Assembly: GCF_009914755.1 (NCBI RefSeq) | Contig: NC_060928.1 | Strand: one strand, 5' to 3' | DNA: 64,000 nucleotides | DNA from: the human T2T-CHM13v2.0 reference genome, Homo sapiens | Part shown: positions 17,517-31,225 of the stretch, piece by piece | How positions within the stretch are numbered: the stretch's first letter is position 1 | How the letters are laid out: each line of letters opens with the position of its first letter | The notes under the pieces: model-generated | The model's database searches: none | Told to the model about the DNA's origin: nothing | What the model saw: the letters and a program-made list of their open reading frames with translations, nothing else | Made by a program: the position numbers and the translations under genes

Positions 17517-18374
17517 AGAAAAAACATTGTGAAAAATCGCATTTTACAAGTCCTGGTGGCAGAGAATAGAACAGCTTGCTTGGAGAAATGACTAGTGCAA
17601 ACTGGCAATAGTACAGGCAGGAAATGATGGAAGTCTGAATTCAGGGAGTGGCACAGAGATGTAGAGGACAGAGGTGAGGTTTGAAAGTAGAATCATCAAG
17701 AGCTATTGACTGATTAGGTATAAAAATGAGAAAGCAATCTGGGATTAGTATTTCCTGATTGCACGAATGGAGATGGCGATAAAAATCACTGAGGAGAGAA
17801 TGCCAAAGGAACATCACAGACAGAGAAATTATTTTAAATCCCATTTTGAACATGTTCAATTATAGATTGTGCAGCAGGCCTAGAGCTCAAACAAATAGTA
17901 AAGAACGAAGATTTGGAAGTTACTGACTATAAATTCTGAGGAATTTGAGGAGTCAAGGGAAATGCAGCATGAAGGAAAAATTGAGGGTGATACATATGTT
18001 CTAAACACGAAAATACACACGCCTTGGTCAAAGGCACTTAAAGAATTGCCAGCCCAGTGCAAAGATGACTCTTCTGTGACTGGCTCTTGAAAAGAAAAAA
18101 AGAGACAGAGAACAAAAAGAGAGAGAGAAAATACCAACTTTTCCTCAGTACATGGAGCAGCAGTGTGTCCTCACAGGCCAAGTCCTGTGAGCCGAGGCTG
18201 GGGTTGAGGTCAATGCTCTACACCCTGAACTGCAAATGCACACAAGCCTCCAGTCCATGCTGTCATCCTGCACACACTTCTTGCAAATCAGCTCCACACA
18301 TTTGTCACTTGAACCAACACTTCCTAAGAGGAGGAAGTTATAACAGCACAGAGAGCGAGAGATATTTCCAAAAG

Positions 18375-19298
18375 CTTTGGATAAATTAGCATCAAATTCA
18401 GATTTTATAAAGCTTTTATGTACAAACACTGACTTATCCCAAAACGCTGACTTATCCCAAAACAAAAACAAAGCAAAATAAAAACCTCCAGAAAATGTTT
18501 AAGAGGATACCTAGTACAGAGTCCATGGCAGAGTACTGTGAGAATGAAAAGATGAATAGAGCATAAAGTCTGATCTTAAAGGAGATATCAGCTACCACCC
18601 ATGGTGACTGTGAGATACGTAATTTGCAAGTTATAGGTATAAAGCCCACGAGAATGGACAAAACCAACCAGAAGGTGGGGGAAATGCAGAATTCACAAAT
18701 GGCAGCCTGTTTTTTCCCAGAGTTTTGTTTGGCCTGTACAGTGTTTTTTAAAACGATGTTATCTGCCAATATTTAAAAATTGGGAGATTTCACCCCAAAA
18801 AATCAAATTCAACTTCTCTTGGAAAATTAATTAAAAGAAATTGCAACACTGGGCTCATGTTGCCACTCAGCAATAATTGGAGCTGAAAAGCAGCAGCTAC
18901 CTTTAGAATAACCACGTGTCCTTCAATTAGCCGCCTTTCTCATTGTCTTCACTAATTGTATTTACCTGCCTGCTGCTTGTAGGCATCTGAATTTGTGACC
19001 CTCTGTGTAGAATCAGAAAGGAGGTCTAAGAAAGGAAAACTGAATCATGTACATCCAGCTATGGCTATTTATAAGCCAATATCTCTTCCCCACTAAAAAT
19101 TAGCTGTTTAAGATCAGACTTGATGCTCCATTCATCTTTTCATTCCATTACTCTTCCATGGGCTCTGCGCATACCAGGTATCCTCCAAGCATTTTCTGGA
19201 AGTTTTTGTTTTGTTTTGTTTGTTTTTGGTTTGGGATAAGTCAGCATCTATATATACAAACTTTATAAAATCTGAATTTGATGCTAATTTACCCAAAG
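18375..19298. repeat. diverged ~200-bp inverted duplication (arms 18375-18580 and 19107-19298)
   Basis: 31-bp perfect core TAAATTAGCATCAAATTCAGATTTTATAAAG (18382-18412) vs reverse complement at 19261-19291; alignment continues to AAGTCTGATCTTAAA. Confidence 0.95.
18688..19005 (-). mobile_element. MER102-like hAT MITE
   Basis: ends TTACCTGCCTG...TGTAGGCATCTGAATTTGTGACCCTCTG, reverse complement of recalled MER102 5' end. Confidence 0.75.
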
Positions 19299-21699
19299 GC
19301 ATGTTCATTATTCATTTCCCCTATTCACTGTCATTACCCTAAACATCTGCTCTGATCAGAATAATAAAACAGTAACAACTTATTATACTTGTAATTCACT
19401 TAAGATCAGAGGGTCTTACTGAAGCTTTATGACCTTCTGCGGTCAGTAGCTAGAGTTGCACATCCAGAGTTAAGTAATATAGTTAGTTCTGTGTCATACA
19501 AAGAATATAATAAGAATATAATAAAACCTCAAGAAATATGAAAAAAATTCTTTTCAGTTTATTGGGCTACTTTTTAATTTTCCATGCCATTCTTCATTTA
19601 GAAAGATCAAAGAGAAGGACTTGAGATCATATACTTTGATGACTGGAACACTGAGAGAAGGAGAAAGGGGAGAAGTTTACATTCTTAAAAAGAAGAAAAA
19701 AAATCAACGTGCTAGTTAGAATTGTATAAGAATCCGACAGTTTCACTGGCTTTTGGCAATAAGTTCCCACTGCCAATTTAGGAATATAAAAGAATTAATT
19801 GTATTATCAAGATCAAAGAACTATCAGAGCCACTTATCTGACACCCTCAATCCCAGGGTTTTGCTCTATTTTAATTGTCTCACCTTTTTCCTGCTAAGTA
19901 AAGAAAGTGAGATATTAGCTCATATTAAAAAAAAGATACAGCAACTATGACATGAAAGTTAGATCAATGATAAAGATTTACAGTCTAAGGTTTATTCTCA
20001 TTTTCAATAGTTCCCCCAAACCAAAGGTGATAAAAATACATTTTATGTAATCACATTAGCTCATTAATCACCTAAAGGCCTGGCTGTTGACCCTTCACCT
20101 TTCCCAATGGGACTGAGGAAGTCAATCAACTGATAAAATAAAGTCTCCATCAGACTTTAAAAAGAAAAAACCTTTTTTAATGATTATGAATAATATATAT
20201 GTGAGATTCAGGTTAATTTCCCAAAATTTACATCGAGAAAAGAATCAAGAACACTAACTATACCAAAAAAAAAAAAAAAATGGGATTTTTGCAATCTCTT
20301 TTTAAAAGTGAAAGAGAAAGAGAGAATAGCTTTTAATGAGCTTCCCTGTTCACCTTGATTAAATCAGAACTTTAGAGAAAATAACCTAGCAGAACTTCAG
20401 AAATGTGAAGTTCAAGTTCAACTAACGAAGGAACAAAGACTTTAATTTTAGCTGAATGATCTTCCCATTTCTGTGTCAGTTTCGCACTCTATTAGATCCT
20501 CTGGAACAAAAGGCCCAGACCCTCCCACTGGGAATCTTTCTCTGGAGCCCTAGGCTCTATTGTTGATTTTATCTTAAAGGGCTTGGGAACACATTTTATA
20601 AACATGAAAACAGAGAGCAAGTAAGTGTGAGAAACATCCAGTGAAAGAAGGTCAATGCTGTCAAAGCCCCACTGAATTTCTTTTAAAATGATGTAGGTAG
20701 ATGCATTTCTGGTTGGTATGTTTAGTCAGATAGAGGTTTGAAAATGATATTCATTTGTCCCTTTTCTTACATGTGAAAATAATCACAATTTCTCAGGGAA
20801 GAATCGCCTGCTGGGTTACCAACTGCTGGGCTCATCCTCTCATACAACCAAATACCTTATTTTCAGCCTGAGACTTGGGGATGCTTTCTTTGGACAAATC
20901 AACATTGGCTTCATGTATGGAAATTCTCCTTCCTAGGGTTACCCAATGCAAGTGAAACCATGGAATTCCATGACACCTGTAAACCATTTCTCCTCTTCTG
21001 ACTGGATTTGGCACAGCTAAGCATGGAATCAGAACCAGAAAGCCAGAGACCTACCTGCCAAATGAATGCTATTTCAAGATGTCTTCGATGTTGTTGTTTT
21101 CCTTTTAAATAAAAATGAAATAAAATCACATAATAACACCACAATGAATTCTGCACATGCTAAAATATGAAAGAGAGGACATTATTTTTTGACCTTTCAA
21201 TATATGTGAAACACATTTTGTACTGGAACAAACAACTTGAAAATGTATTATACGCGCAAATGGCATGTGAATAGAACAGTTGCTTATGAGACTGGGAAAG
21301 AAGAGAAACTCTATTCATTGACAGAGGGCTGCCAAAATTAGATATTAAAAACTCCAAACCTTTCTCAGTTTAAGGAATAAAATTAGTCTCTTACAGATCC
21401 TACTCCTAAATCAAAAGATGAAAATTACCAAGCTTTAGTACACAACCACATGAATAATTCAGCCTATGAAAGCCACTATTATCCAGCAAGGAATCTCTAA
21501 TATGCAATAGAAAGTTTTCTCAGAATCTCAGAGGAGTTCCAAGATTGAATTTCTCATGACAAATAGTGGTTCTGACAAATAAAAATTCTACCATGAAATA
21601 TAAAGTCGACATTAAACTAACAATCTATTTAGTCAGCAAGCATTCAGTAACTATGAACCAGCTGGAAAAGACACACCCAATACAAATCTATATCTGTTC

Positions 21700-21810
21700 T
21701 GTCATCTATTCAGGACAAATTTATTGAGGACCTACCACATGCTCAGCACCATGCTGGGAGCTGGGGTGTCAGCAAGACAGACATAGTGTTTTTCCCATGG
21801 ATAGAAATAA
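21700..21810 (-). mobile_element. L2 3' end
   Basis: CAAATTTATTGAGGACCTACCACATGCTCAGCACCATGCTGGGAGCTGGGG. Confidence 0.7.
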
Positions 21811-23234
21811 AGAGTCTCACTTTCTACTACTGGGCATGCCAACCTACAAGTGATAGTCACAACTCAGATTGAAAAGGTGCTGTTATTGGTGGCAGAATGA
21901 TAAAACTCTTAGATCCAATTCTCTCAAGGCCAAAAAATTGATGGGGTTACATATAGTTAGATATAGATATTTAAATCACTTTTATTAGTTAAAAAATTTA
22001 CATAAAGTCTATGTGAATTGTTTTTGTTTTGTTTTGTTGTTGTTGTTATTCTTCTGTCTTCTCTCCTTGTAAATCAAATTATGGGTGGATTGAAGTAGGA
22101 TTAATGTTACCAACACAGAACACTGACTCTCATTTACAGCCTTTGGCATTGAACTGATCCAGAGAAATATCACCAGCATCAACATCATCATCATCATCAA
22201 GAGGCTTGCAAGGCCTACTTTATCAATCCTATTTATTATATCCATGGAACATGTGTTATTATCACCAAAATGGCACCAGGGACTTACAGAACATGTCTCA
22301 ATTCGTAACTCCATTTATTGAATAGCAAATGGATTAAGTATTTTAGAAGTTGCAAATAGGCTGGCAAATGCAGATGGGCTGGGACTACAAGAAAATGTAA
22401 TAAACTTCTAATAAAACATTTGAGCAAACTCACACATCTGTGGACAGATGGGAGGCATTACGTAATCGAGTCATTGCTACAGCAAGCTCTAACCGTGCCC
22501 CCCTCCTCTCCACCCCACCAACCCACCCTTACCCCCCACCCTGCCCCACTGCTGCTGTTGGGCCAAGGTTGAGGGTAAAGGGCCTCTGTGAGTTTTCCTT
22601 CTCTGTCAGCATCCAGAGAAAGTATTTTTAATATTTCTAAGATGAACTATTAAAATAGACAGCCTTTGACCCAAACCCACAAAAATACACAAAAATCCCC
22701 AAATCCTTGACTCAGGAAGCAAGGTTTCACTGCTTGTATTTGTTTGTTTTTTGAAACCGTAATATTTCCATGAATACACTTTGCTGCTTGCCAGAAGTTT
22801 TTGTCTCTGACAATGGCACTAGATGGTAATGTTTGAGGTGGGCTCCTTAATGCAGCTTTGGGGACTAATTTCCAAAGTGATCAATCAGCTGTACAAACCA
22901 CTAAATGCAGACTAAGTGAATAATGTGAAATTAACACTTACAAGTCCTCCTTTTAAAGAGAATGTAAATATGTGTGGGTGTATATAAATTTTACTGAATT
23001 CCAGAGTAACATTAGAATTTTCTGTTTACAACTGACTAACCTTCAACTTGATATTCTGGAATGACTTTCCTCCCTTGATCAAAAGTATGTCTCCTGGAGT
23101 ATTTAACACTTAAGGTGCAAAAATCTGGGGTGAGGGACAGGGGAAAAGAGAAAAAGGGGAAAACACTTCTACAGCATCTGAGAGAGAAGTTATCACAGAG
23201 AACTGAAGCAAGTATGTTTTAGAGATGAAACATT

Positions 23235-24190
23235 GACACAAGCTTTGGAGTCAGCTAAAACAGGATTCAGCCTTATCACTTTTCTGGCCATTGACCTTAT
23301 ACTACGTTTTTCTAATTGGTAAAATGGAGACAAAAATACTGTTGCAGTAGGTAGCTAGTCAGGCATGAGCAGGACAGGAGTGGGCTCCCCACGCCCCAAC
23401 CCCAAACACATACCAGAAGTGTCAGGTTACCATCAGGTGATGGTCAGGTGGTTGTTAGCTGTCTCTCTAAAATAATAATTGGTCACAGCCGGCACCAGAG
23501 AAGGCCGTCTCCTAATAGATAGAAAACACCTGAAACTGGTGATCAGCAGCTTCCCCATAAGATCTTAGGAGTTGGGCAAGTGGGCTCAAGCATGTGAACT
23601 AAGAGGCAAAATGGTGGGGTTCAACTGATATATTACCTTCCTCTGGGAATGCTAGTAGACTGGTAAGGGAAGAACGCCTCAAGCGAGCATGCGTACAATT
23701 CCAGTAAACACACTGCGTATGCAGCCCCTCCCAAGCGCTGACCAGCCACTGCGCATAGCCCACCCCGAGGGAAGAATCAAAGAAGTAAAGCAAGACCCTG
23801 GAAGCATGCCATCATATAAAACCCCAAGTCAAAAGGTCAAACCATGCACTTGATCTCTCAAGTCACTCGCTTGGCCCTCTTCCAAGTGTACTTTACTTTC
23901 TTTCATTCCTGTTCTAAAGCTTTTTAATAAACTTCCACTCTTGCGCTAAAACTTGCCTCAGTCTTCTCCTTCTGCCTTACACCTCCTCCGTCAAATTCTT
24001 TCTTCCGAGGAAGCAAGAATTGAGATTGCTGCAGACCCCCTATGTATATGGATTTGCCCCAATGACAATAGTACCTAAAATAGAGATTTAAAACTAGTGT
24101 TTAAAATTATTGTAAGGTTTAAATGAATTATGTATATAAGGCACTTAGAAAAATGCCCAGCACATAGTAAGTACTCAATAAATGTTAGTA
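23235..24190 (+). mobile_element. MIR split by MER50
   Basis: MIR core TAAAATGGAGACAAAAATA before and GTACCT...GCACTTAGAAAAATGCCCAGCACATAGTAAGTACTCAATAAATGTTAG after. Confidence 0.75.
23340..24067 (+). mobile_element. MER50 solo LTR (ERV1)
   Basis: TG...CA, 728 bp, TATAAAA ~23815, AATAAA ~23926, 4-bp TSD ATAC/ATAG; matches recalled MER50 5' sequence. Confidence 0.85.
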
Positions 24191-25246
24191 ACAAATATTG
24201 TTGTATTTCAGACCAAAGTGCTAAAAAAATCAACTAAAAAAATTATTGTTCAACTATCGGGATCCTGAGTTTTAGCAGTAATGACAGTAGAAATCAAAGA
24301 CTTCAAACTGTTTAGTAAATGTATGATAAGTCAGTTCTTAAAATTTTCCATTAGAAGCTAGATCATTATCATACACTTATGGTTATAACTCTCTTAGATT
24401 CTTCTGGTCCATCAATGCCAACAAGCTGCTAAAATGAAGATCATCACTGAAGAAAAAAAGTGTGTGACTATCTTCCAGCATGGGAGCCTAAGAACAAGAG
24501 ATGTAAAGTAGAACTTGACTGTGAAATTCATAGGTTTGAGAAACGATATTTCCAAGATCACGATTCATAGGATTTCATAGACAGAAATTAGAATTTCATA
24601 TGTCAACTCAGAATATTTTATTATAAAAACTTTCAAGTACAGAAATGTGTAGAGAATATCATAATAAACACTGGTATCCCCAGCCTTAAAAATTATAGCA
24701 TTATGAAGACACTCAGGGCTGCCATGTTGAACAAAGTCACTGTTCTTTGAGTAGAAAGTGAATGATCTCCCTGGAGGATAACACATTGTATTCTACGTAG
24801 TTGGAACCCCACCAGCTACCCCAGGATGGAGCTATGTAGCCTTCAACCTAGACACAACCAAAGAGCTCCAGTAAAAACTTCCTGATATCATTCAGAAGCC
24901 ACAATCCTGAATCTGATGTTTATTATTCCTAGTCCCATTTCTATACTTTTATTACAGATGTATCTATTTGTACGGATTTTCTGTTTTGAACTTATATGAA
25001 CAGTATTATTCTTTATGAATCCCTCTGCAACTCGCTTTTTACGAACTTGATATTATGCTTCTAAAATATATTCCTCTTGATGTCTATAACTTTAGTTCAT
25101 TCACTTTAACTGCTGAATAGTATTTCATTATATGAACAAATCGGTTTATTTATCCACTCTCCTTTTGATAAAGAATTGGAAGTTGTTTTTCTCTCCACAT
25201 TTTTTGGATTAGAGCCTTGTAAGTATTCAATAAATGTTAGCAATAA

Positions 25247-25543
25247 TTTTGTTTTGTTTTGTTTTGAGATGGAGTCTTGCTCTGTCGCCTAGGCTGGAGT
25301 GCAGTGGCGCGATCTCGGCTCATTGTAACTCTGCCTCCTGGTTTCAAGCAATTCTCCTGGCTCAGTCTCCCAAGTAGCTGGAATTACAGGCACACACCAC
25401 CACACCTGACTAATTTTTGTATTTTTAGTAGAGACAGGGTTTCACCATGTTGACCAGGCTGGTCTCAAACTCCTAACCTCGAGATCCACCCACCTCAGCA
25501 ACCCAAAGTGCTGGATTATGGGCGTGAGCCACCGCACCCAGCC
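25247..25543 (-). mobile_element. AluS
   Basis: antisense dimer, (GTTTT)n tail, TSD TGTTAG..ATAAT. Confidence 0.95.
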
Positions 25544-26046
25544 TGTTAGTCATAATATTATGTCTTATTTTGCATTCAGTACCTTGGTGAGTAGTATCTA
25601 CTCTTCACTCCTTATGTGACTTTTGTAAATTGGTATCTAAAAAGCTAAAAGTTGTATTTATCAAATTCCCTCACAGTAAGAGATCCACATATGATTTTGG
25701 TTTGGCCAAAGACAATCATGAAAGGTTTTTCAGCCTGAAAATAAGATAGACACTGCACTCTGGCCATTTCTTCTGCTGCAGTTGATAAGCACGAACACAG
25801 AGGTACTGACAGTGATGGCAGTAGTCCTAATGTCCACTCACTCACAGGTTTGAGAGGCAAGGCATAGTGTATCCATTTTGTCACTGTGAATTGTTGCAGA
25901 CCTGCTGTGGGTCTGGAACTGGCAGCAGCAGCAACAACTTTCCTAATGATGTGATGATTTCCTAATTGTAGCAGCTTCCTGCTCATGGTAGTGGGTAGTT
26001 TGGTTCTATGGCTGGCAGCTTCCAGATCATAAAAAAGATGGCCTCA

Positions 26047-26374
<328 letters not shown>

Positions 26375-26451
26375 TTAGAAGTCATACCTGAAAGCTCAAC
26401 TGAAAGTCTATTTTTCCATCCTCTAATGATTTCATTTAATACCCTATAATT

Positions 26452-27332
26452 AGAGAGAGATTTACCATGACGTTATTGAAGCTTAAGATTTCAGAGACCC
26501 TCATTGCACGGGCCAATGACTGGTTATGTATTTTTATAAAAATTGCAAAAGATATTTTTATTGCTATAAATGAAGGCTATTGTCTCTTTCCACTAGCACT
26601 TCCCCTCAATTATACTTTCCAGTGTTGATGGAGTGGCCTCAGGCATTTTCAAGTTGCAGTTAAGGAAAAATTGAGTTGGGCATATAATTAGATTGGATTA
26701 GCAGACATATTTTTTGTGTTTGCAATCACTCCTAGTTCTCACTGTGTGGAATCACCCAACTTCATGACATGAGGGGACAAATCGAGAGATCACATTGCAT
26801 CAGGAGAGTGAGTAGTGAAGAGGCAACAAAGTTTAAAATTGACAGAGCCAGAAGTTAATCTGTGGAAAACTTATCCAAATCTTATGCTTCACATAAAAAA
26901 GAAATTTGACATAACTCTTCCAATTTTGGCAATAATTCTAAAAATGTACATGGCATTGTCAATAATGAGTTGTAAAGATGAAAGAAATTTTATAAACTGT
27001 TAATAACAAATTTCAGTCACCCACAAAAAAATACTACAAAGTCATTTATCAAATAAAGTCAATCAAAGGATGTATGAAGCAATATATATAAAAAAATACT
27101 GTAAAGGTTTATCCATTTGATTAATAAAATTATACATATTATTGTTCTTGATTTGTGATGCTTGTGGTAAATATAAGCTTTTTAAAAGTTGTAATTTGTT
27201 GTAATTTAGTTTCTTATTAATAAGTTTAAATTCATACCTAATTTTGTATTTGTAATGTAATATTCCTTTTCCTGAAGAAGGTCCCAAATTTTGTATTAAA
27301 TTCGTGCCCCCAAACAATTAGGGCCTTCCCTG
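26452..27332 (+). mobile_element. hAT-Tip100 fossil (Zaphod/MER115-like)
   Basis: GATTTACCATGACGTTATTGAAGCTTAAG start; ORF 26815-27003 LPILAIILKMYMALSIMSCKDERNF resembles the hAT C-terminal dimerisation motif (SxxxERxFS). Confidence 0.75.
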
Positions 27333-27747
27333 CCAGTAACAGATTCTTAAGCCAAAGTGGATTCTGCCCTCTGCCAATGGAATTCTAAATTAGTAAATTA
27401 TGTAATTAGTATCAAGTGTGGTTTCATGCAACAGAGTTTCAAGGAAACTGACCTCTGGAGTTGGTTATCTCTTTCAGGTGGGTTTGAAAATAGTGAGAAT
27501 CTTATTAGCAACAGATAATAACCTCTGCCTGGCAGGAATGAAGTACCTATGAAATGGAAGGTTTTGGCATACCAGCTGGCTGATCCACAACCCCTTATGG
27601 TGAAAATGATAAATAAAAGAATTGTGGGCAGAGTTGGCTAATTCTAAATGTATTGGAAAATTTTTTAAAAGAAAACATGAAGCTCTACATTTTAAATTGT
27701 TAGCTCAGTCCACAGGAGACCAGAGAATTTTAGAATTTTCCTAAAAT

Positions 27748-27937
27748 AATGGCTCTCAAACTTCAACATGCGTAAGAATCCCCTGAACAAGGTTTGTTAA
27801 TGTACAAACTGCTGGGTCCCCAGCCTCTAGAGTTTCAGAATCCAGTAGATCTAAGGTGAACCCTGAAATTTACATTTCCAATTAGTTTCAAGGTGATGCT
27901 AATATTGTTGGTCCAGGGACACTTTGAGAGCTACTGC
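27748..27937. mobile_element. MER5A
   Basis: CTCTCAAACTT...GGTGATGCTAAT...GGTCCAGGGACACTTTGAGAGCTACTG. Confidence 0.85.
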
Positions 27938-29069
27938 CCTCAATGAATGTCTTATCTTTTGTACCTTCAAGGCAGATATAACTATAATCAGATGAAACAG
28001 GTGACTGAAATACAACTTAAATTCACAGCCTCACTTGGTCTCTTATGTGAAAGTTCGCACATTAATTGAGAAAGCATGGGACATTGTGACTTGGAATGGG
28101 AACACTTGAGCGGATTTAGATGACTCTGAGTAAATGAACCTCCAAGCGCCACTGAGACCGAAAACAGCAAATGTAGCCCCTCCCACTTCTGTCAGATAAA
28201 TTTGTCATATTAAAAGATCCAGTGTGATTGCACCTGCAGTAATTACCTTGCAAAAAGATGCCAATTCTCCTTATGCTCCAACCTACCACCTCTCATCCAC
28301 TCCAAATATAAAATCAGGTCCCAGCAGACCCCAAAGATGTAAGTACATAGTCTGGCTGAGAAAAAGCTTTATACAACGAAATAGTGTTAAGATTTTGCTA
28401 AGTTGTATTGGCATGTTTGTGTGCTGAGTAACCATAGAGGTGCAGTGTGGTATACACGGCTGACTGAGATTCACATGTGCAGAGGATAGAAAGCTAAAAC
28501 AATATCCCTTCTCTTTTACAGACAGGTTCTGGAAGTGATTTAGACTGTGCCAACCAGATAAATTCAACAAGATTTGGGAGATAGAAGTGAGACAGAGATT
28601 GCACCTCTGTTCCTTCTGTGCTCTCTACTGGCAAGAATGATCATGGAGTCAGTGCTGGCCGAGTCGCAGTTTCTAGTCACGAGCTTTGTAGGTGTCGAGA
28701 GCCAGGGCGGGGTCTGTGTTGTTGGTGTGGGTCATAGCAGGCATGGCACTGATGTGGATCCAGCAGCAGTAGCAACAGTTTTCTGATCCTGGCAGTTTCT
28801 GGACTATGACAGTGACCTGGTGTGACAATGTACTACCCTTGGCAATGGCAATGTGGTTCTGGAGCCAGTGGCTTCCTGCTCATACAGGAGGCAGCAGCTC
28901 CTTTATTGGCTCAGTTCTGTGGTTGGAGTCATTCCTAAAATCACAACCTACAGTTTTCAGCCCTCCCAATAATGCTAAAGTCGTTGAATAACTTATAATA
29001 AATGCCGTCCCACTTAACTGGCTAGAATAAATTCTGTTCCTCACAAATGAACCCCAAATGATACAGAGC

Positions 29070-30545
29070 ACATGTGTGAAAGTGTCTCCAGGGTATTTCC
29101 CCAGGAGTGAAATTGTTGAGCATAAGATTGGGCCACATTTTTCACTTGGATATTGCCAAATTGTCCTCCAAACTGTTGTGCCAATTTACATTGAAAAACT
29201 GGAGAAAATTCAGCAAAATTTGTGATTATGACATTTTTAATTTTTGCTAAATTGATGGATATGAAAAAAGATCTCATTTTAATTTGCAATTCCCTGATTA
29301 CTGATTTTTTTGTACATTGATTAGTTATTAAGTTTCCTTTTGCAGTGAATTGCCTGGTCATATAATTTGTTCATTTTATGTGGACTTGCTTATCTCTTTA
29401 TTGATTTTTATGGGTTCTTTATTCTGGATACAAAATCTTTGCAATTGTAAATATCTTCTATTCTAGCTAATGGTATCCCTTTTCACTTTACTAATATAAT
29501 TTTTACTATACAAAAATGTTTCACATCAATGTAATTATCAATCATCTCCTTTGTTGTTCATGCTTTTTGTATCTCATCTAAGAAATCTGTCCTTTCTTAT
29601 ATGGCATAAGAGATATTCCCCTATATCTTTTAAAAGTTTTGAACTTTTTTTATTTTTACCTCTGCAATAAATCTAGAATTTATTTTTGTAGATATATGTA
29701 ATGTAATTTTATTTTTTGCATATGAATAACTAATTGTTTTGGCACTGTTTGTTAAGTAATTTATTTTACCCCACTGATTTTAAAAAATTCATTAATTTAT
29801 TTTTTATTATACATACTTAAGGTGCACAATATGGTATTTTAATAGGCACAGTGAAATAATTACTAGAGGTAAGCAAATTAACATATCCATCACCTTCCAT
29901 GGTTACCTCTTTGCGTGTGTGTGGTAAAAGCACCTAAAATCATTATCTTAGCACATTTTAGATATACAATATAATATTGTTAACTATAGTCCTCATACTG
30001 AACATTAGATCTTCAGAGTTACTCATCCTGCGTAAGTGCAAGTTTGTACCCTCTGACCTACATATCCCCATTTCTTCCCCCTCCCTGTCCCTGGTAACCA
30101 ACTCTACTCTCTATGTATTTGACTTTTCTTTTAGATTCCACATATAAATGAGATTATGTTGTACATTTCTTTCTGCATCTTGCTTATTTCACTTAATATA
30201 ATGTTCTCTAGGTTCATCCATATTCCATTGTGTGTGTGTGTGTGTGTGTGTGTGCAGAGAGAGAGAGAGAGACCATGTGCACAATTTCTTTATTCATTCA
30301 TTGGTCAGTGGACACTTAGGTTGTTTCCATATCTTGGCTACTTTACCCCACTGATTTAATGCTACCTCTGTCCTATTCCAGGCTTCTATATATCCAATGG
30401 TCATTTACTGAGTCATCAAGTCTCTTCCATTGCTTATGTCTATACTTGCAGCATTACCACACTGTCCAAATTTTTATATTGATAATCTGGTAGGGTAAGT
30501 TTCACAACAATCATGTTAAAAAATTGTTTTGGCTATTCTAGGCAG
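29070..30545 (-). mobile_element. L1ME fragment with nested L1MA 3' end (29781-30341)
   Basis: antisense L1; nested copy bounded by 16-bp TSD TTTACCCCACTGATTT (~29765, ~30342); (TG)n(AG)n at 30228-30272. Confidence 0.8.
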
Positions 30546-31004
30546 GCAAAAGGCTATAGTTATAGACCAGAAGAAATAAGGCTACCCAATACAGACAAAT
30601 TAGGGGGTACCATTTAACTAGTGAACAAATAAAATGCTGTATTCTAGAGTATCAATATGTTTTCTCTTGACTAAATCTAATACTTCAAGTTTTTTACCTT
30701 CAACTTCAATAAACTTCTGTTCATTCTGTTTAACAAGTAGTTAATTACACTAATCTACAAATCATGGAAACTCTTTTTTAAACTCATGTTTTAATGACCA
30801 TATTATTCAGCCTTAAAGAAGAAATTGTATTAGAAAATGATATGTTTAATCCGTTTGTCTCTATAAGTCTACTAATTTCCTTCAGTACTAAAAAATAAGA
30901 GGTAATGGATGTACTTGTGCATATCCAACTCATTTTGCTATTTGCTTTAGCTCCCTAATAAACTATTTTAAGAGTAAGTCTGTTTTTCTCTTAAATTCAA
31001 AGCC

Positions 31005-31225
31005 TTTCATAAGAACTGAGGCATTTAATTCTCACAACAGCCATATGAAGCAGTTACTATTATATCATGCCCATTATACAGAAGAGGAAAATAAGACACA
31101 GAGATCCTAAGTAACGGGGACAGTGTCCTTCTCTTGCTAGTAAATGGCAGAACCGAGGCTTGAACCCAGGCAATATGGCTTCATCACTCTCCCATTTAAC
31201 TTAACCTCTGCAGCTCTACTGCCTC
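31005..31225 (-). mobile_element. MIR
   Basis: CCCATTATACAGAAGAGGAAAATAAGACACAGAGA core, TGAACCCAGG. Confidence 0.8.

Larger units (their letters stand above)
16770..18000 (-). mobile_element. L2 fragment (hosts hairpin insertion and AluY)
   Basis: purine-rich antisense L2 pattern e.g. GATGTGAAGGGCTTGTAGTCCATGCCAGGGAATTTG...TTTTAAGCA. Confidence 0.7.

Noticed and set aside
22009-22314. 101-aa ORF with poly-Met hydrophobic stretch
   Set aside because: Produced by a (CAT)n microsatellite; no recognisable homology
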